Shown here one piece after another: positions 54,031-64,000 of a stretch of 64,000 nt of DNA (within the stretch, counting starts at the first letter, position 1; every line of letters begins with the position of its first letter). The DNA is taken from NCBI GenBank assembly GCA_963724955.1, contig CAVRWQ010000012.1, forward strand, positions 211,514 through 275,513, given 5' to 3'. Made by a program: the position numbers and the translations under genes. The notes beneath the pieces are model-generated. The model was not told where the DNA came from, ran no database searches, and saw only the letters and a program-made list of their open reading frames with translations. Origin of the DNA: an uncultured Acidobacteriota bacterium. Its GTDB lineage: Bacteria; Acidobacteriota; Vicinamibacteria; Vicinamibacterales; SCN-69-37.

Positions 54031-55454
54031 GGCTGGCCTCGAATGATGCGCGGAGTGATGAAGATCAGCAGTTCCTGGCTCTCGTTGCGGTTGTCCGTCC
54101 GCTTGAAGAGCCAGCCGAGCAGCGGGATGTTGCTCACGCCCGGCGTCTTGTCCTCGGTCATCGTTTCCTGCGTCTGCAGGATGCCGCCGATGACGGTCGT
54201 CACGCCGTCGGCCACCTGCACCTGCGTGTCGGCGCGCTGCGTGTTGATCGACGGGTTGCCGTTGACCGCGCGGCTGAAGTCCGGCAGCGCCGTTCTCGAG
54301 CACGATGCGCATGATGACGGTGTTGGCCGCCGTGATCTGCGGCGTCACCATCAGCTTCAGCGCCGCGTCCTTGAACTGCACCGTGACCGTGTTGTTCGGC
54401 GACGATCTGAATCGGAATCTGGAAGCCCTGCGTGACTTCCGCCGCTTGTTGTTCTGCGTCGTCACGCGCGGCGTCGAGAGAATCTTGACCTTGCCTTCGT
54501 GCTCGAGCGCCGATGATGCGCCATGTCGAGCCCGAACGCGCCGTTGATCGCGCCCATCGAGAGCCCGAAGCGCCGACGACGCGCCGACGACCGGCAGGTT
54601 GATGGCCGTGCCGGCGTTCTCGAGTCGCCGTCGCGCGCGGATCGTTCGGCCCCTGCTGCACCGCGCCCTGCTGTCACGACGCGGCCGCCGAGGCCGTGCC
54701 GCGGTTCGGGAACGCCAGGTCCGTCGTGTTGCCGAGCTCCGGCGCCACGCGGCCGTTGACGCCCCACTGCACGCCGAGCGCCTTGGCCGTGTCGCGGTTG
54801 GTCTGCAGGATCTTCGCTTCGATCTCGACCTGCGGCTCCGGCCTTGTCGAGCTCGGCGATGAGCTGCTCGACGTCGCGCGAGGTTCGCGGGCACGTCCTT
54901 GATGATCAGCATGTTGGTGCGCTCGTCGACCTCGACCTGCCGCGGTCGGAGACGATGCCGGGCGTCCTCGAGCAGCTTCTTCACGTCCGCCGCCGGCGCG
55001 TAGTTGAGCCGGATCCGGCGCATCGCCAGATCGGGCGCCGCCTGCGCTCGCCTTCTTCTGCTCGGCCTCGCGCCTGCAGCTCCTTCGTCCGCGCGTCGCG
55101 CGTGAGCACGCGCAGCACCGGCCCGTCGAGCTCGTAGGTGAGCTGGCCGCTCTTGAGCACCACGTCCATGACCTGGTCCCAGGGCACCTGCGTCAGCTTC
55201 AGGTCGACGCGTGGCGTCGGTCGGCACGCTCGGGTCGATCACGAGGTTGATGCCGCCGATCTCCGCCAGGTTGCGCAGCACCGTCCGCAGGTTGGCGGCC
55301 TGATAGTCGACGTCGATCGGCGTGCCGCTGTAGCGCCGCAGCCCTGGGCGACTCCTGCGGCGCTGCGGCGCGGCCCGCCTGTGCGCCCATGCCGACGAAC
55401 GTCGCCGCCAGCACGAAGGTGGTCGACAGCAGGCAACAGGCGAATGCTTCTCAT
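54027..55454 (-). CDS. pilQ: Type IV pilus secretin PilQ; many frame disruptions
   Basis: Signal peptide MRSIRLLPAV... Pieces: NLRTVLRNLAEIGGINLVIDPSV, VPWDQVMDVVLKSGQLTYELDGPVLRVLT, ERTNMLIIKDVP, GKVKILSTPRVTTQNN, NTVTVQFKDAALKLMVTPQITAANTVIMRI, LLGWLFKRTDNRNESQELLIFITPRIIRGQP. Confidence 0.85.
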
Positions 55455-55922
55455 CGGATGACCTCTGCTGCCGGTCGCAGCGTCTTGCGAAGCTTCTTGC
55501 GGTCGCGCCGTGTCGCCGGGCTGCATCAGCTCGACGAACACGACGCCCTGCGCGTCGATGCTCTTGATCGTGCGCGTCCATGATCCGGTCGCTGCACTTT
55601 CGCGACGTACGACTGCCTGTCCGCGCCCTGCAGGATCGCCATGCGGTCGTCGCCCTTGCGTGACGATGCCCGGTGACCGTCACGTCGGCGACACTGAGAT
55701 CGACGCCAGGCCGGTCGCCGGACGCCCGCGCGTCACCTGACCGGGCGCCGGGCGCTTGGGCGACGATGAGGCTCGACGAACGGGTCGCGACGGCCGCCGC
55801 TGTCGTAGCCGCGTCGAGGCGGGCTCGCCGACCCTGGTGCCCACCGGAATCTGCGCCGATCGCCGGCGCGCGCCACTCCGGTCGCCAACACGACGAGCGA
55901 ACGCGAGGATGCGAATCTTCAT
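55451..55922 (-). CDS. pilP: Pilus assembly protein PilP-like; frame disruptions
   Basis: MKIRILAFA... signal. Shifted frames give YDSGGRRDPF and ...VTVTGIVT-GDDRMAILQGAD-QSYV..., ...GVVFVELMQPGD. Start and stop overlap the neighbouring genes. Confidence 0.6.
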
Positions 55923-56525
55923 GGCCGTCCTCCTGGCGCCGCAGGCGCCGTCGGCACCGGGTCTTTCTTGAACACGAACGTCGTCGCCAGGCACGTCACC
56001 GCGACGCTGCCGCGGCCGTTCGGCTTGGTTCTTCGTCTTGATGTCGAGATCGGACACCGAGATCAGCCGCGACATCGTCGCGAGGCGATCGAAGAAGCGG
56101 CCGAGGTCGTGATAGCTGCCCTCGAGGCCGAGCTGAATCGGCCACTCGGAGTACTGCGCCTTGGCGACGATCGGCTTCGGCTTGAAGCTGGCGATGTCGA
56201 GCGACGACTCGCTGGCCAGCTCGTGCAGGTTGCGCAGCACGTCCTGCGGATCCTTCTCGTCGGGGATGACGGCCGTCGTCTCGCGCAGCGCCACTTCGAG
56301 CGCGCGCACTTCACGCTGGAGCGACGGGCAGCTTGTCGGCGATCGCCTGCACGCGCGCCGACCTCGCCCTCGAGCTTGGCCAGCTGCGCCCGCGCGCGTC
56401 TCGAGCTCCGCGCGCTCGGGCCCGATGGAGCACCTGCCAGCGCGCCGGCGATCGCCAGACCGCAGAGCAGGACGAAGACGATCGATCTGCGCGCGCGGCG
56501 ACAGTTCGTGGAAGCTCTTGGCCAT
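55919..56525 (-). CDS. pilO: Pilus assembly protein PilO; frame disruptions
   Basis: MAKSFHELSPRAQI... Core LQREVRALEVALRETTAVIPDEKDPQDVLRNLHELASESSLDIASFKPKP...YSEWPIQLGLEGSYHDLGRFFDRLATMSRLISVSDLDIK. Confidence 0.75.
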
Positions 56526-56527
56526 GA

Positions 56528-57181
56528 CTACACTCCCGCCTTCCGGCCGGTGCCGCAGGCGCGCCCGGCGCCGCTGGCGCGGCCGGGCCGACGGCGTGAC
56601 GGGCGCGACCGGCTTGAGCACCTCGGCCTTCACCGCGAACCGCACCACGTCGCTGCTCCTCGACCACTTCGGTCGGTCGTCGTCAGAATCTCGACCGGCA
56701 TCTTGAAGAGCCCGGAGCTCTGCATCGTCTCGGCGAAGTCGGTGACCGACGTCAGCGACATCGCGCGGCCGTCGACCTGCACCGACCGTCGCCGGTCTGC
56801 TTGATCTCCGATGAGCCAGAGTCCGTCGGGCATGCTGCGGCTCACCGTCTCGAGCAGGCTGACCGGCGCGCGCTTGGCGTCGCGCAGCCGATCGATCAGC
56901 GCCGAGCCGCTCGGCGAGCTCGCTCTTGCGCGCGCGCGGCCAGATCGACGAGCTTCACGGCGTCCTTGAGCTGCTCGAGCTCGCGTCTCGGCCTGCGTCG
57001 ATGCGCGGCTTCGGTCGCGGCGCGCTGCGTGCTGGAGGTACCACCACCAGCCGCCGACGCCCGACGGCCGGTCGACGAGGAGCATCGCGAGGCCCAGCAG
57101 CGCGGAGCGCTGCTCCTTCGGGAACCACTCGCGCGGCGGCGCCGCGCCTGGACCGGTGGCAAGCAGGTTGACGCGAATCAT
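56528..57181 (-). CDS. pilN: Pilus assembly protein PilN; frame disruptions
   Basis: MIRVNLL... then a TM segment; ...SVQVDGRAMSLTSVTDFAETMQSSGLFKMPVEILTTT... Stop TAG 56528-56530 read in a shifted frame. Confidence 0.7.
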
Positions 57182-58251
57182 CGGTCGCCTTCCTTCCGCA
57201 TGGCGAGACCGACCGCGACGGCGTACGCCGGGCCCGACGACGTCCGCGCCCGATCGCGCGGCTCGAGCGCGTCACGCGCCGGAACGGATCGAACACGTCA
57301 ACCGGCGCGCCGAATTCGCTGGCGAGCAGATCGACCAGGCCGACCGCCTGCCACGCGCCGCCCGACAGCACGATGCGGCTCAGCCGCTCGATCGGCGCCG
57401 TCGCGCGATAGAAGTCGACCGTCTTGCGCACTTCGAGCACGAGCTGCGCGCTCGCCTCGCGGAGGACGCCGGCCACCTGATCGGCGATTCACGTCGGCCG
57501 GGAACTGGCCGTGCAGAATCCGCGTGGCCGCCAGCTCGTCGACGCCGGTCGGACCGAGGTCGCGCAGGAGCGCGTCGAGGTGCACCTGGCCGCCGATCGA
57601 GATGTCGCGCGTGAAGATCGGCTCGCCGCGTTCGAGCAGGCACACGATCGTGACGCTGCGGCCGACGTGGATCAGCGCGGCGAGCGGATCGGTGCGCTCG
57701 GGATAGTTCATCTGGTAGGCGTTCGCGAGCGCGAACGCTTCGATGTCGAGGACGACCGGCCGGCGGCCCGTCTGCGCGATCACGCCGGCGCGATCGTCGA
57801 TGCGATCCTTGCTCGCGGCGACGAGCAGCACGTCGAGACCGGACTTGGCGCGCGTCGGCGGCCGAGTTCACGACCTGGTAGTCGAGCTGGACTTCGCTCA
57901 GGTCGAACGGGATGTACTGCTCGGCCTCCCAGGGAATCGCTTCGTCCAGCTCCGCCTGGCTCATCGCCGGCAGCGACAGGCGCTTGACGATGACGGCGTG
58001 GCCGGAGAGCGCGCTCGGCCACGCGCGCGCGCCGCATCTTGCAGCGAGTCGAGCAGCCTGTTGACCGCTTCGCTGACGGCGGCGGGCTCGGCCACCGCGC
58101 CGTCCTGGACGCAGCCTTCCGGCAGCGGGGCTTCACCGGCCGCGACGAGCGACCAGCCGCCACGCCCGCGCTTGAGCGCGACGGCTTTCACGGCACTCGA
58201 CCCGATGTCGACGCCAACCGTCGGAGGACGAAAGGCGGACGAGAACATCAT
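57178..58251 (-). CDS. pilM: Pilus assembly ATPase-like protein PilM; many frame disruptions
   Basis: MMFSSAFRPPTVGVDIGSSAVKAVALKR..., MSQAELDEAIPWEAEQYIPFDLSEVQLDYQV, VVLDIEAFALANAY, IVLSGGAWQAVGLVDLLASEFGAPVDVFDPF. Confidence 0.85.
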
Positions 58252-58471
58252 GGCGAACAGGCTGTAGGGCAAGGCTGATGCCAGCCGCCGGGGCCGTGTG
58301 CAGTTTGATGCGAAGGGCCGTTCTGCGGGCATCTCCTCGCGATCCGGGGCCCGGGAGAACTGCTGTGAAGGCCGAGAGTTGTGGCTGATCTTTACGGTCC
58401 TGTAATCACAGGTACAACCCAATCACGTCCGTCAGTCGCCTGGCGTAACCGGCCCGGTTCAGGCGAAAAGA

Positions 58472-58500
58472 TTGACATTTTTTCAATCGACTCCTATGAT
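58472..58500 (+). promoter_or_regulatory. Near-consensus sigma-70 promoter for rplM-rpsI
   Basis: TTGACA (58472-58477), 17-nt spacer, TATGAT (58495-58500), about 40 nt upstream of the rplM ATG. The leader contains the hairpin GCCGT...ACGGC and the RBS AAAGGGGAAGG. Confidence 0.6.
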
Positions 58501-58541
58501 TTCGGTTTGCCGTTTCTGCAATACGGCTGAAAGGGGAAGGC

Positions 58542-58975
58542 ATGGGCACGGCAACGCCCGCGGCCGCCGAGCGCGACCGGCAGTGGCACGTGATTGACGC
58601 GAACGGCCAGGTGCTGGGACGCGTCGCCAGCCGCGCGGCGCGTCTGCTACAGGGCAAGCACAAGCCGAGCTGGACTCCGTTCCTCGATCACGGCGACCAC
58701 GTCGTCATCGTCAACGCGGCGCACGTCAAGCTGACCGGCCGCAAGGAAGAACAGAAGATTTATCGCCAGCACAGCGGGTACGAAGGCGGACTGCGCGAAG
58801 AACGCGCCAAGATCGTCCGCCAGACGACAGCCCGTGCGGCTGGTGGAAGAAGCGGTTCACGGCATGCTGCCCAAGACCAAGCTCGGCAACGCGATGTACC
58901 GCAAGTTGAAGGTGTACGCCGCCGGCGGATCATCCGCACGCGGCGCAGAAGCCGCACACGCTCGAGGTCGCGTAA
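58542..58975 (+). CDS. rplM: 50S ribosomal protein L13; 2 frame disruptions
   Basis: [54 protein letters not shown]. Then [27 protein letters not shown] in ORF 58834... The end ...HTLEVA-stop (TAA 58973-58975) was read by eye. Confidence 0.9.
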
Positions 58976-58976
58976 C

Positions 58977-59370
58977 TTGGCTACGACTCAGTATTACGGA
59001 ACTGGCCGACGCAAGACGTCCACCGCCCGCGTGTTCCTCCGCCCCGGAACGGGCACCATCACCGTCAACAACGAGCCCGATCGAAGCCAGCTTCCCCACC
59101 GAGACGCTGCGGCTGGTCATTCGCCAGCCGCTCGTCCTGACGGAGACGGGCGAGCGCTTCGACGTGCTGGCGACGACGGCCGGCGGCGGCGTGGCCGGTC
59201 AGGCCGGCGCCCTGCGCCTGGGCATCGCGCGCGCGCTGGTCGACTACGACGCCGAGCTGCGCTCCACACTGCGCAAGGCGGGCCTGCTCACGCGCGACCC
59301 GCGCGCCAAGGAACGCAAGAAGTACGGCATGGCGGGAGCGCGTAAACGCTTCCAGTTCAGCAAGCGTTAA
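58977..59370 (+). CDS. rpsI: 30S ribosomal protein S9; one frame disruption; TTG start inferred
   Basis: [31 protein letters not shown], then ...[52 protein letters not shown]-stop. Confidence 0.9.
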
Positions 59371-59376
59371 TTAACA

Positions 59377-59435
59377 CGTAGGGCGGACCGGGCTCCGGTC
59401 GCCGGGAACGCGGGCCAAACCCGGCCCGCGCTACG
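59377..59435. repeat. Pair of REP-like hairpins in inverted orientation (BIME-like)
   Basis: CGTAGGGCGGACCGGGCTCCGGTCGCC, then CGCGGGCCAAACCCGGCCCGCGCTACG, in the rpsI-rpsB spacer. Confidence 0.8.
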
Positions 59436-59454
59436 AAAAAGGAGACCAGGCAGC

Positions 59455-60213
59455 TTGAACGCGATCGCGATGAAAGACCTGCTCGAGGCTGGCGTCCATT
59501 TCGGACACCAGACCAAGCGCTGGAACCCGAAGATGAAGCCATTCATCTTCGGCGAGCGCAACGGCATCTACATCATTGACCTCGGCCGGACCGCCAAGCT
59601 CTACCGCGAGGCCGCCGAGTTCGTGACGCAACGTGGCCGGCCAGGGCGGCACGGTGCTGTTCGTCGGCACCAAGCGCCAGGCGCAGGACGCGATTTCGGA
59701 AGAAGCGCACGCGCTGCGGCATGTTCTTCGTGAACCAGCGCTGGCTCGGCGGCCTGCTGACCAACTTCACCACGATTCAGCGGAGTCTCGCCCGGCTGCG
59801 CGAGCTCGAGGCCATGACGCACCGACGGCCGCTACGAGACGCTCTCCAAGAAGGAAATCGCCCGGCTCGAGAAGGAGCGCCGGAAGCTCGCGAAGAACCT
59901 GGACGGCATCCGCGGCATGTCCCGTCTGCCCGACGCCGTCTTCATCGTCGACACCAAGCACGAGCAGATTGCCGTCGACGAAGCGCGCAAGCTCAAGGTG
60001 CCCGTCATCGGCGTCGTGGACACCAACTGCGACCCGGACGAAGTCGACTACGTGATCCCCGGCAACGACGACGCCCTGCGATCGATTCGGCTGTTCGCGG
60101 CAGGCATTGCGGACGCCGTCATCGGCGGCCGCCGCCTCACCGAGGCCGCGGCGCCCGAACCGGCCGCCGCCGACCACCGGCAGCGCGTGCAGGCGGCTCC
60201 AGCGACTGCGTAA
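59455..60213 (+). CDS. rpsB: 30S ribosomal protein S2; at least 3 frame disruptions (start 59455 TTG or 59470 ATG)
   Basis: [102 protein letters not shown]. Confidence 0.9.
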
Positions 60214-60305
60214 GTTCAAGGCAGCAAGCTCGCAGGCAGAAGGCACAAGGACGAAGGCAGAAGTGAGGAGCCTTCTGGCGCGTGTCAGCGTCGCTTGGTG
60301 TATCT

Positions 60306-60911
60306 ATGTCAACGAATATCCCCGCTGAACTCGTCAAGAAGCTCCGCGACCGCACGGGCGCGGGCATGATGGAATGCAAGGCCGCCCTCCAGGAAGCCAA
60401 CGGCGATCTGGAAGAGGCGACGAACATCCTCCGCAAGCGCGGCCTCGCGTCGGCGGCCAGGAAGTCGGGCCGCTCGACCAGTGAGGGGCTGATTGGCTCG
60501 TACATCCATCTCGGCGGAAAGATCGGCGTCCTCGTCGAGCTCAATTGCGAGTCCGACTTCGTGGCACGGACCGATGACTTCCAGACGCTCCTCAAGGAAC
60601 TCGGGCTCCAGGTCGCCGCGGCGAGCCCGCAGTACGTCCGGCGCGAAGACGTGCCGGTCGAGGTGCTCGAGCGTGAGCGCTCGATCTACCGCGCGCAGAT
60701 GGAGAATTCCGGCAAGCCGCCGCAGGTCATCGAGAAGATCATCGAGGGCAAGCTGGGGAGCTTCTACGAGCAGGTCTGCCTGATGGACCAGCCGTCGATC
60801 CGCGATCCGAAGACGACCGTAGGACAGATGGTTCAGGCGGCCATTGCCAAGCTCGGCGAGAACATCGGGGTGGCCCGGTTCGTGCGATTCAAAGTCGGCG
60901 AGTCCAACTGA
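60306..60911 (+). CDS. tsf: Elongation factor Ts (short form)
   Basis: Intact. MSTNIPAELVKKLRDRTGAGMMECKAALQEANGDLEEATNILRKRG... Confidence 0.9.
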   Translation: MSTNIPAELVKKLRDRTGAGMMECKAALQEANGDLEEATNILRKRGLASAARKSGRSTSEGLIGSYIHLGGKIGVLVELNCESDFVARTDDFQTLLKELGLQVAAASPQYVRREDVPVEVLERERSIYRAQMENSGKPPQVIEKIIEGKLGSFYEQVCLMDQPSIRDPKTTVGQMVQAAIAKLGENIGVARFVRFKVGESN

Positions 60912-61676
<765 letters not shown>

Positions 61677-61728
61677 ATTTCGCCTCCGCACTCCAGCGGC
61701 GAGCGAGCCATTTCTTACGAGGACCGCA

Positions 61729-62298
61729 ATGGACGTGAACGACCTGAAAGGGCTGAACGCCGAAGTCAAGCGGCGCATGGACAGCACGATCGAGCACGCT
61801 CGCAAGGAACTGGCCGGACTGAGGAGCGGTCGCGCGTCAGTGTCGCTGCTCGAGCCGGTCCACGTGGATGCCTACGGCACGTCCATGCCGCTCAATCAGG
61901 TGGCGTCCCTCTCGATTCCCGAGCCGACGCTCATCGTGGCGCAGCCATTCGACCCGTCGCTCATGTCGGCCATCGAGAAGGCGATCCAGAAAGCGAACCT
62001 GGGTCTCAACCCGGCGTCCGACGGCAAGGTGCTCCGCATCCCGATTCCCGCCCTCACCGAGGAGCGGCGCAAGGAGATGTCCCGCCTCGTGCACAAATAC
62101 GCCGAGGACAGCCGCAATGCGGTCCGCCAGGTCCGCCGCGACGCGAACGAGCGGCTGAAGAAGCTGCTCAAGGACCACAAGATCTCCGAAGACGACGAGC
62201 GGCGAGCGCTCGACGAAGTGCAGAAGATCACGGATCAGCACGTGGGGATGATCGACGACATGCAGAAGAAGAAGGACCAGGAGCTGCTCGGGAAGTAA
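61729..62298 (+). CDS. frr: Ribosome recycling factor
   Basis: Intact 189 aa. ...LRSGRASVSLLEPVHVDAYG..., IPALTEERRKE. Confidence 0.95.
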   Translation: MDVNDLKGLNAEVKRRMDSTIEHARKELAGLRSGRASVSLLEPVHVDAYGTSMPLNQVASLSIPEPTLIVAQPFDPSLMSAIEKAIQKANLGLNPASDGKVLRIPIPALTEERRKEMSRLVHKYAEDSRNAVRQVRRDANERLKKLLKDHKISEDDERRALDEVQKITDQHVGMIDDMQKKKDQELLGK

Positions 62299-63482
62299 TG
62301 TCCTCGTTCTTCTCTCACCTGGAGTGCTCGGTACCCTGCGGCGCCGGGCCGTTCGATCCCCGGCAAGTTCATCATCTCTGCTCCTGCGGCGCCCCCCTGC
62401 TCGCGCGGTACGACCTCACCGCCGCGCGGCGCTGGCCGCGCGAGTCGCTGGCGGGCCGCGAGCGGTCGATGTGGCGGTATCGCGAGCTGATGCCGCTCAT
62501 CGAATCGGGATCGGGTGTCGAGCCGCCCGTGACGCTGGGAGAGGGCTGGACGCCGCTGATTCACGCGCGACGGCTTGGCGAATCGCTTGGCTTGAGCCGG
62601 CTGTTCATCAAGGACGAGTCGCTCAACCCGACCAACTCGTTCAAGGCCCGCGGGCTCTCAGCCGCGGTCACTCGCGCGTTCTACCTCGGCGCCAGGGTCC
62701 TGTCGGTGCCGACAGCCGGCAATGCCGGCAACGCGCTCGCGGCCTACGCGGCGTCTGCCGGCCTTCAGGCGCAGGTCTTCATGCCGCGCGATGTCAAGGC
62801 GCCGTTCATCCGCGAGTGCGAGCTGTACGGCGCGGAGGTCACGCTGGTCGACGGCCTCATCACCGACGCCGGACGGATCGCGGCCGAGCGCGGCAAGCCG
62901 CTCGGCTGGTACGACGTCTCGACGCTCAAGGAGCCGTACCGCATCGAGGGCAAGAAGACGATGGGGTACGAGATCGCGGAGCAGCTCGGCTGGGAGCTGC
63001 CCGACTGGATCATCTATCCCACCGGCGGCGGGACGGGCATGGTCGGGATGTGGAAGGCGTTCGCCGAGATGTCGGCCATGGGCTGGATCGACCCGGCCCG
63101 GCGGCCTCACATGGTGACCGTGCAGGCCGCGGGATGCGCGCCGATCGTGCGCGCCTTCGGAGCGGGGACCGAAAAAGCCGCGCCGTGGGAAAACGCGCAC
63201 ACGATCGCCGATGGCCTGCGCGTGCCGCGCGCCATTGGCGATTTCCTGGTGCTGCGGGCGCTCCGCGAGAGCGGCGGCGCAGCCCTTGCCGTCGGCGACG
63301 CCGAGATGGTCACGGGCATGCGAGACCTCGGGCGCCTCGAAGGCGTCAGCGCCGCCCCCGAAGGCGGCGCCGCGCTCCAGGCGTTGCGTCAGCTCGTGCA
63401 CGAAGGGCGCATCCACGCCGCCGATCGCGTCGTGATCTTCAATACCGGCGGGGCGCTCAAGTACCTGGACGTACTGTCGTGA
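62298..63482 (+). CDS. thrC: Threonine synthase
   Basis: Intact 394 aa. PLP-Lys motif NPTNSFKARG, GNAGNALAAYAA. The ATG overlaps the frr stop. Confidence 0.9.
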   Translation: MSSFFSHLECSVPCGAGPFDPRQVHHLCSCGAPLLARYDLTAARRWPRESLAGRERSMWRYRELMPLIESGSGVEPPVTLGEGWTPLIHARRLGESLGLSRLFIKDESLNPTNSFKARGLSAAVTRAFYLGARVLSVPTAGNAGNALAAYAASAGLQAQVFMPRDVKAPFIRECELYGAEVTLVDGLITDAGRIAAERGKPLGWYDVSTLKEPYRIEGKKTMGYEIAEQLGWELPDWIIYPTGGGTGMVGMWKAFAEMSAMGWIDPARRPHMVTVQAAGCAPIVRAFGAGTEKAAPWENAHTIADGLRVPRAIGDFLVLRALRESGGAALAVGDAEMVTGMRDLGRLEGVSAAPEGGAALQALRQLVHEGRIHAADRVVIFNTGGALKYLDVLS

Positions 63483-63483
63483 T

Positions 63484-63563
63484 GGGGTCAGGTCTTGTTT
63501 TGCCACATCGCAATGCAAGACCTGTCACCCGACTGACGATGTGGCAAAACAAGACCTGACCCC
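63484..63563. repeat. 80-bp element: perfect 27-bp inverted repeat with a 26-nt loop that carries a third partial copy
   Basis: GGGGTCAGGTCTTGTTTTGCCACATCG (63484-63510), exact reverse complement at 63537-63563. The loop contains CAAGACCTGTCACCC. It fills the whole thrC-asparaginase spacer. Confidence 0.95.
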
Positions 63564-64000
63564 ATGATCGGCGTCCTCTTCACCGGCGGCACGATCGCGA
63601 TGAAGTTCGACCCGGCGAGCGGCGCCGTCATGCCGGCGCTCGGACCGAGTGACATCCTCGCGCAGGTCCCTGACATCGGCGGCGTCGCGGCGATCGAAAG
63701 CGAGGACTTCTCGCGGCTGCCGGGCCCGCACGTGACGCCGGAACAGATGTGGCGGCTCGCCCGTCGCGCGGCCGCCTGGGTCGAGCGTCCGGACATCGAC
63801 GGCCTCGTCATCACGCACGGCACCGACACGATCGAGGAGACGGCGTTCCTGCTCGATCTCGTGCTCACGACTCGAAAGCCGGTCGTCCTCGTCGGCGCGA
63901 TGAGGACGGTCTCCGATGCGAGCTGGGACGGTCCCGCGAACCTGCTGGCCGCGGCACGGGTCGCCGCCTGCCCCGCGGCGAATGGACACGGCGTGCTCGT
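63564..64000 (+). CDS. L-asparaginase (5' part; runs off the window)
   Basis: Not in the ORF track because it is open-ended. By-eye translation MIGVLFTGGTIAMKFDP...GLVITHGTDTIEETAFLLDL... carries the TGGTIA and HGTDT asparaginase signatures. Confidence 0.8.
   Translation, partial: MIGVLFTGGTIAMKFDPASGAVMPALGPSDILAQVPDIGGVAAIESEDFSRLPGPHVTPEQMWRLARRAAAWVERPDIDGLVITHGTDTIEETAFLLDLVLTTRKPVVLVGAMRTVSDASWDGPANLLAAARVAACPAANGHGVL

Noticed and set aside
58571-58590. Sigma-54 type TGGCAC element (TGGCACGTGATTGACG)
   Set aside because: It lies inside the rplM coding sequence and lacks the TTGC(A/T) -12 element at the right spacing.
60214-60305. Purine-rich AAGGCA repeats and a CAGAAG/CTTCTG hairpin in the rpsB-tsf spacer as a regulatory RNA
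   Set aside because: It is short and degenerate and I know of no defined family. It is probably just spacer plus RBS context. It is noted only for its weak similarity (GTTCAAG...GCAAGCTC) to the 12158-12185 spacer.

Overview
GC-rich bacterial chromosomal segment. The ADOP-type duplicated FtsX permease, the REP-like repeats and the general gene content suggest Acidobacteriota, but this is inference and no search was run.

Gene content, left to right:
- A sulfur-stress-type operon: DUF4395, ArsR-rhodanese regulator, MBL-fold hydrolase, MFS transporter.
- A decayed ankyrin gene, followed by about 1.1 kb with no convincing gene.
- A compact element carrying two serine recombinases and an RHH gene bracketed by tandem-repeat arrays. 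It abuts an initiator tRNA-fMet gene.
- Envelope and regulator genes, then dcd and ndk.
- Two tandem double-TonB-C genes.
- A complete Pho cluster (porin, pstSCAB, phoU) with arsC translationally coupled to phoU.
- TCA-cycle genes: korAB, sucCD, mdh, icd.
- A Ser/Thr kinase fused to a TolB-like beta-propeller.
- A KDO/LPS block: kdsB, pyrG, kdsA, kdsD, kdsC, lapB, coaE.
- folD, an APC permease, thiE, accBC and pepP.
- A pilMNOPQ operon followed by three uncharacterised envelope genes.
- rplM-rpsI, rpsB-tsf-pyrH-frr, thrC and the start of an asparaginase gene.

Main caveats:
- A very large number of genes, including essential ones, need frame changes to be read. These are concentrated at about 34.3-60.2 kb and in the recombinase element. 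I interpret this mainly as consensus indel error.
- Ends of disrupted genes are therefore approximate.
- The very long ORFs in the six-frame track are read-through or antisense artefacts.

I found no clear multi-gene system that I could call novel with confidence. The best candidates are the tRNA-adjacent recombinase/RHH/iteron element, several families of intergenic palindromes and operator-like repeats, and the uncharacterised genes coupled to the pil operon.

Everything was read by eye. No computation or database search was done.
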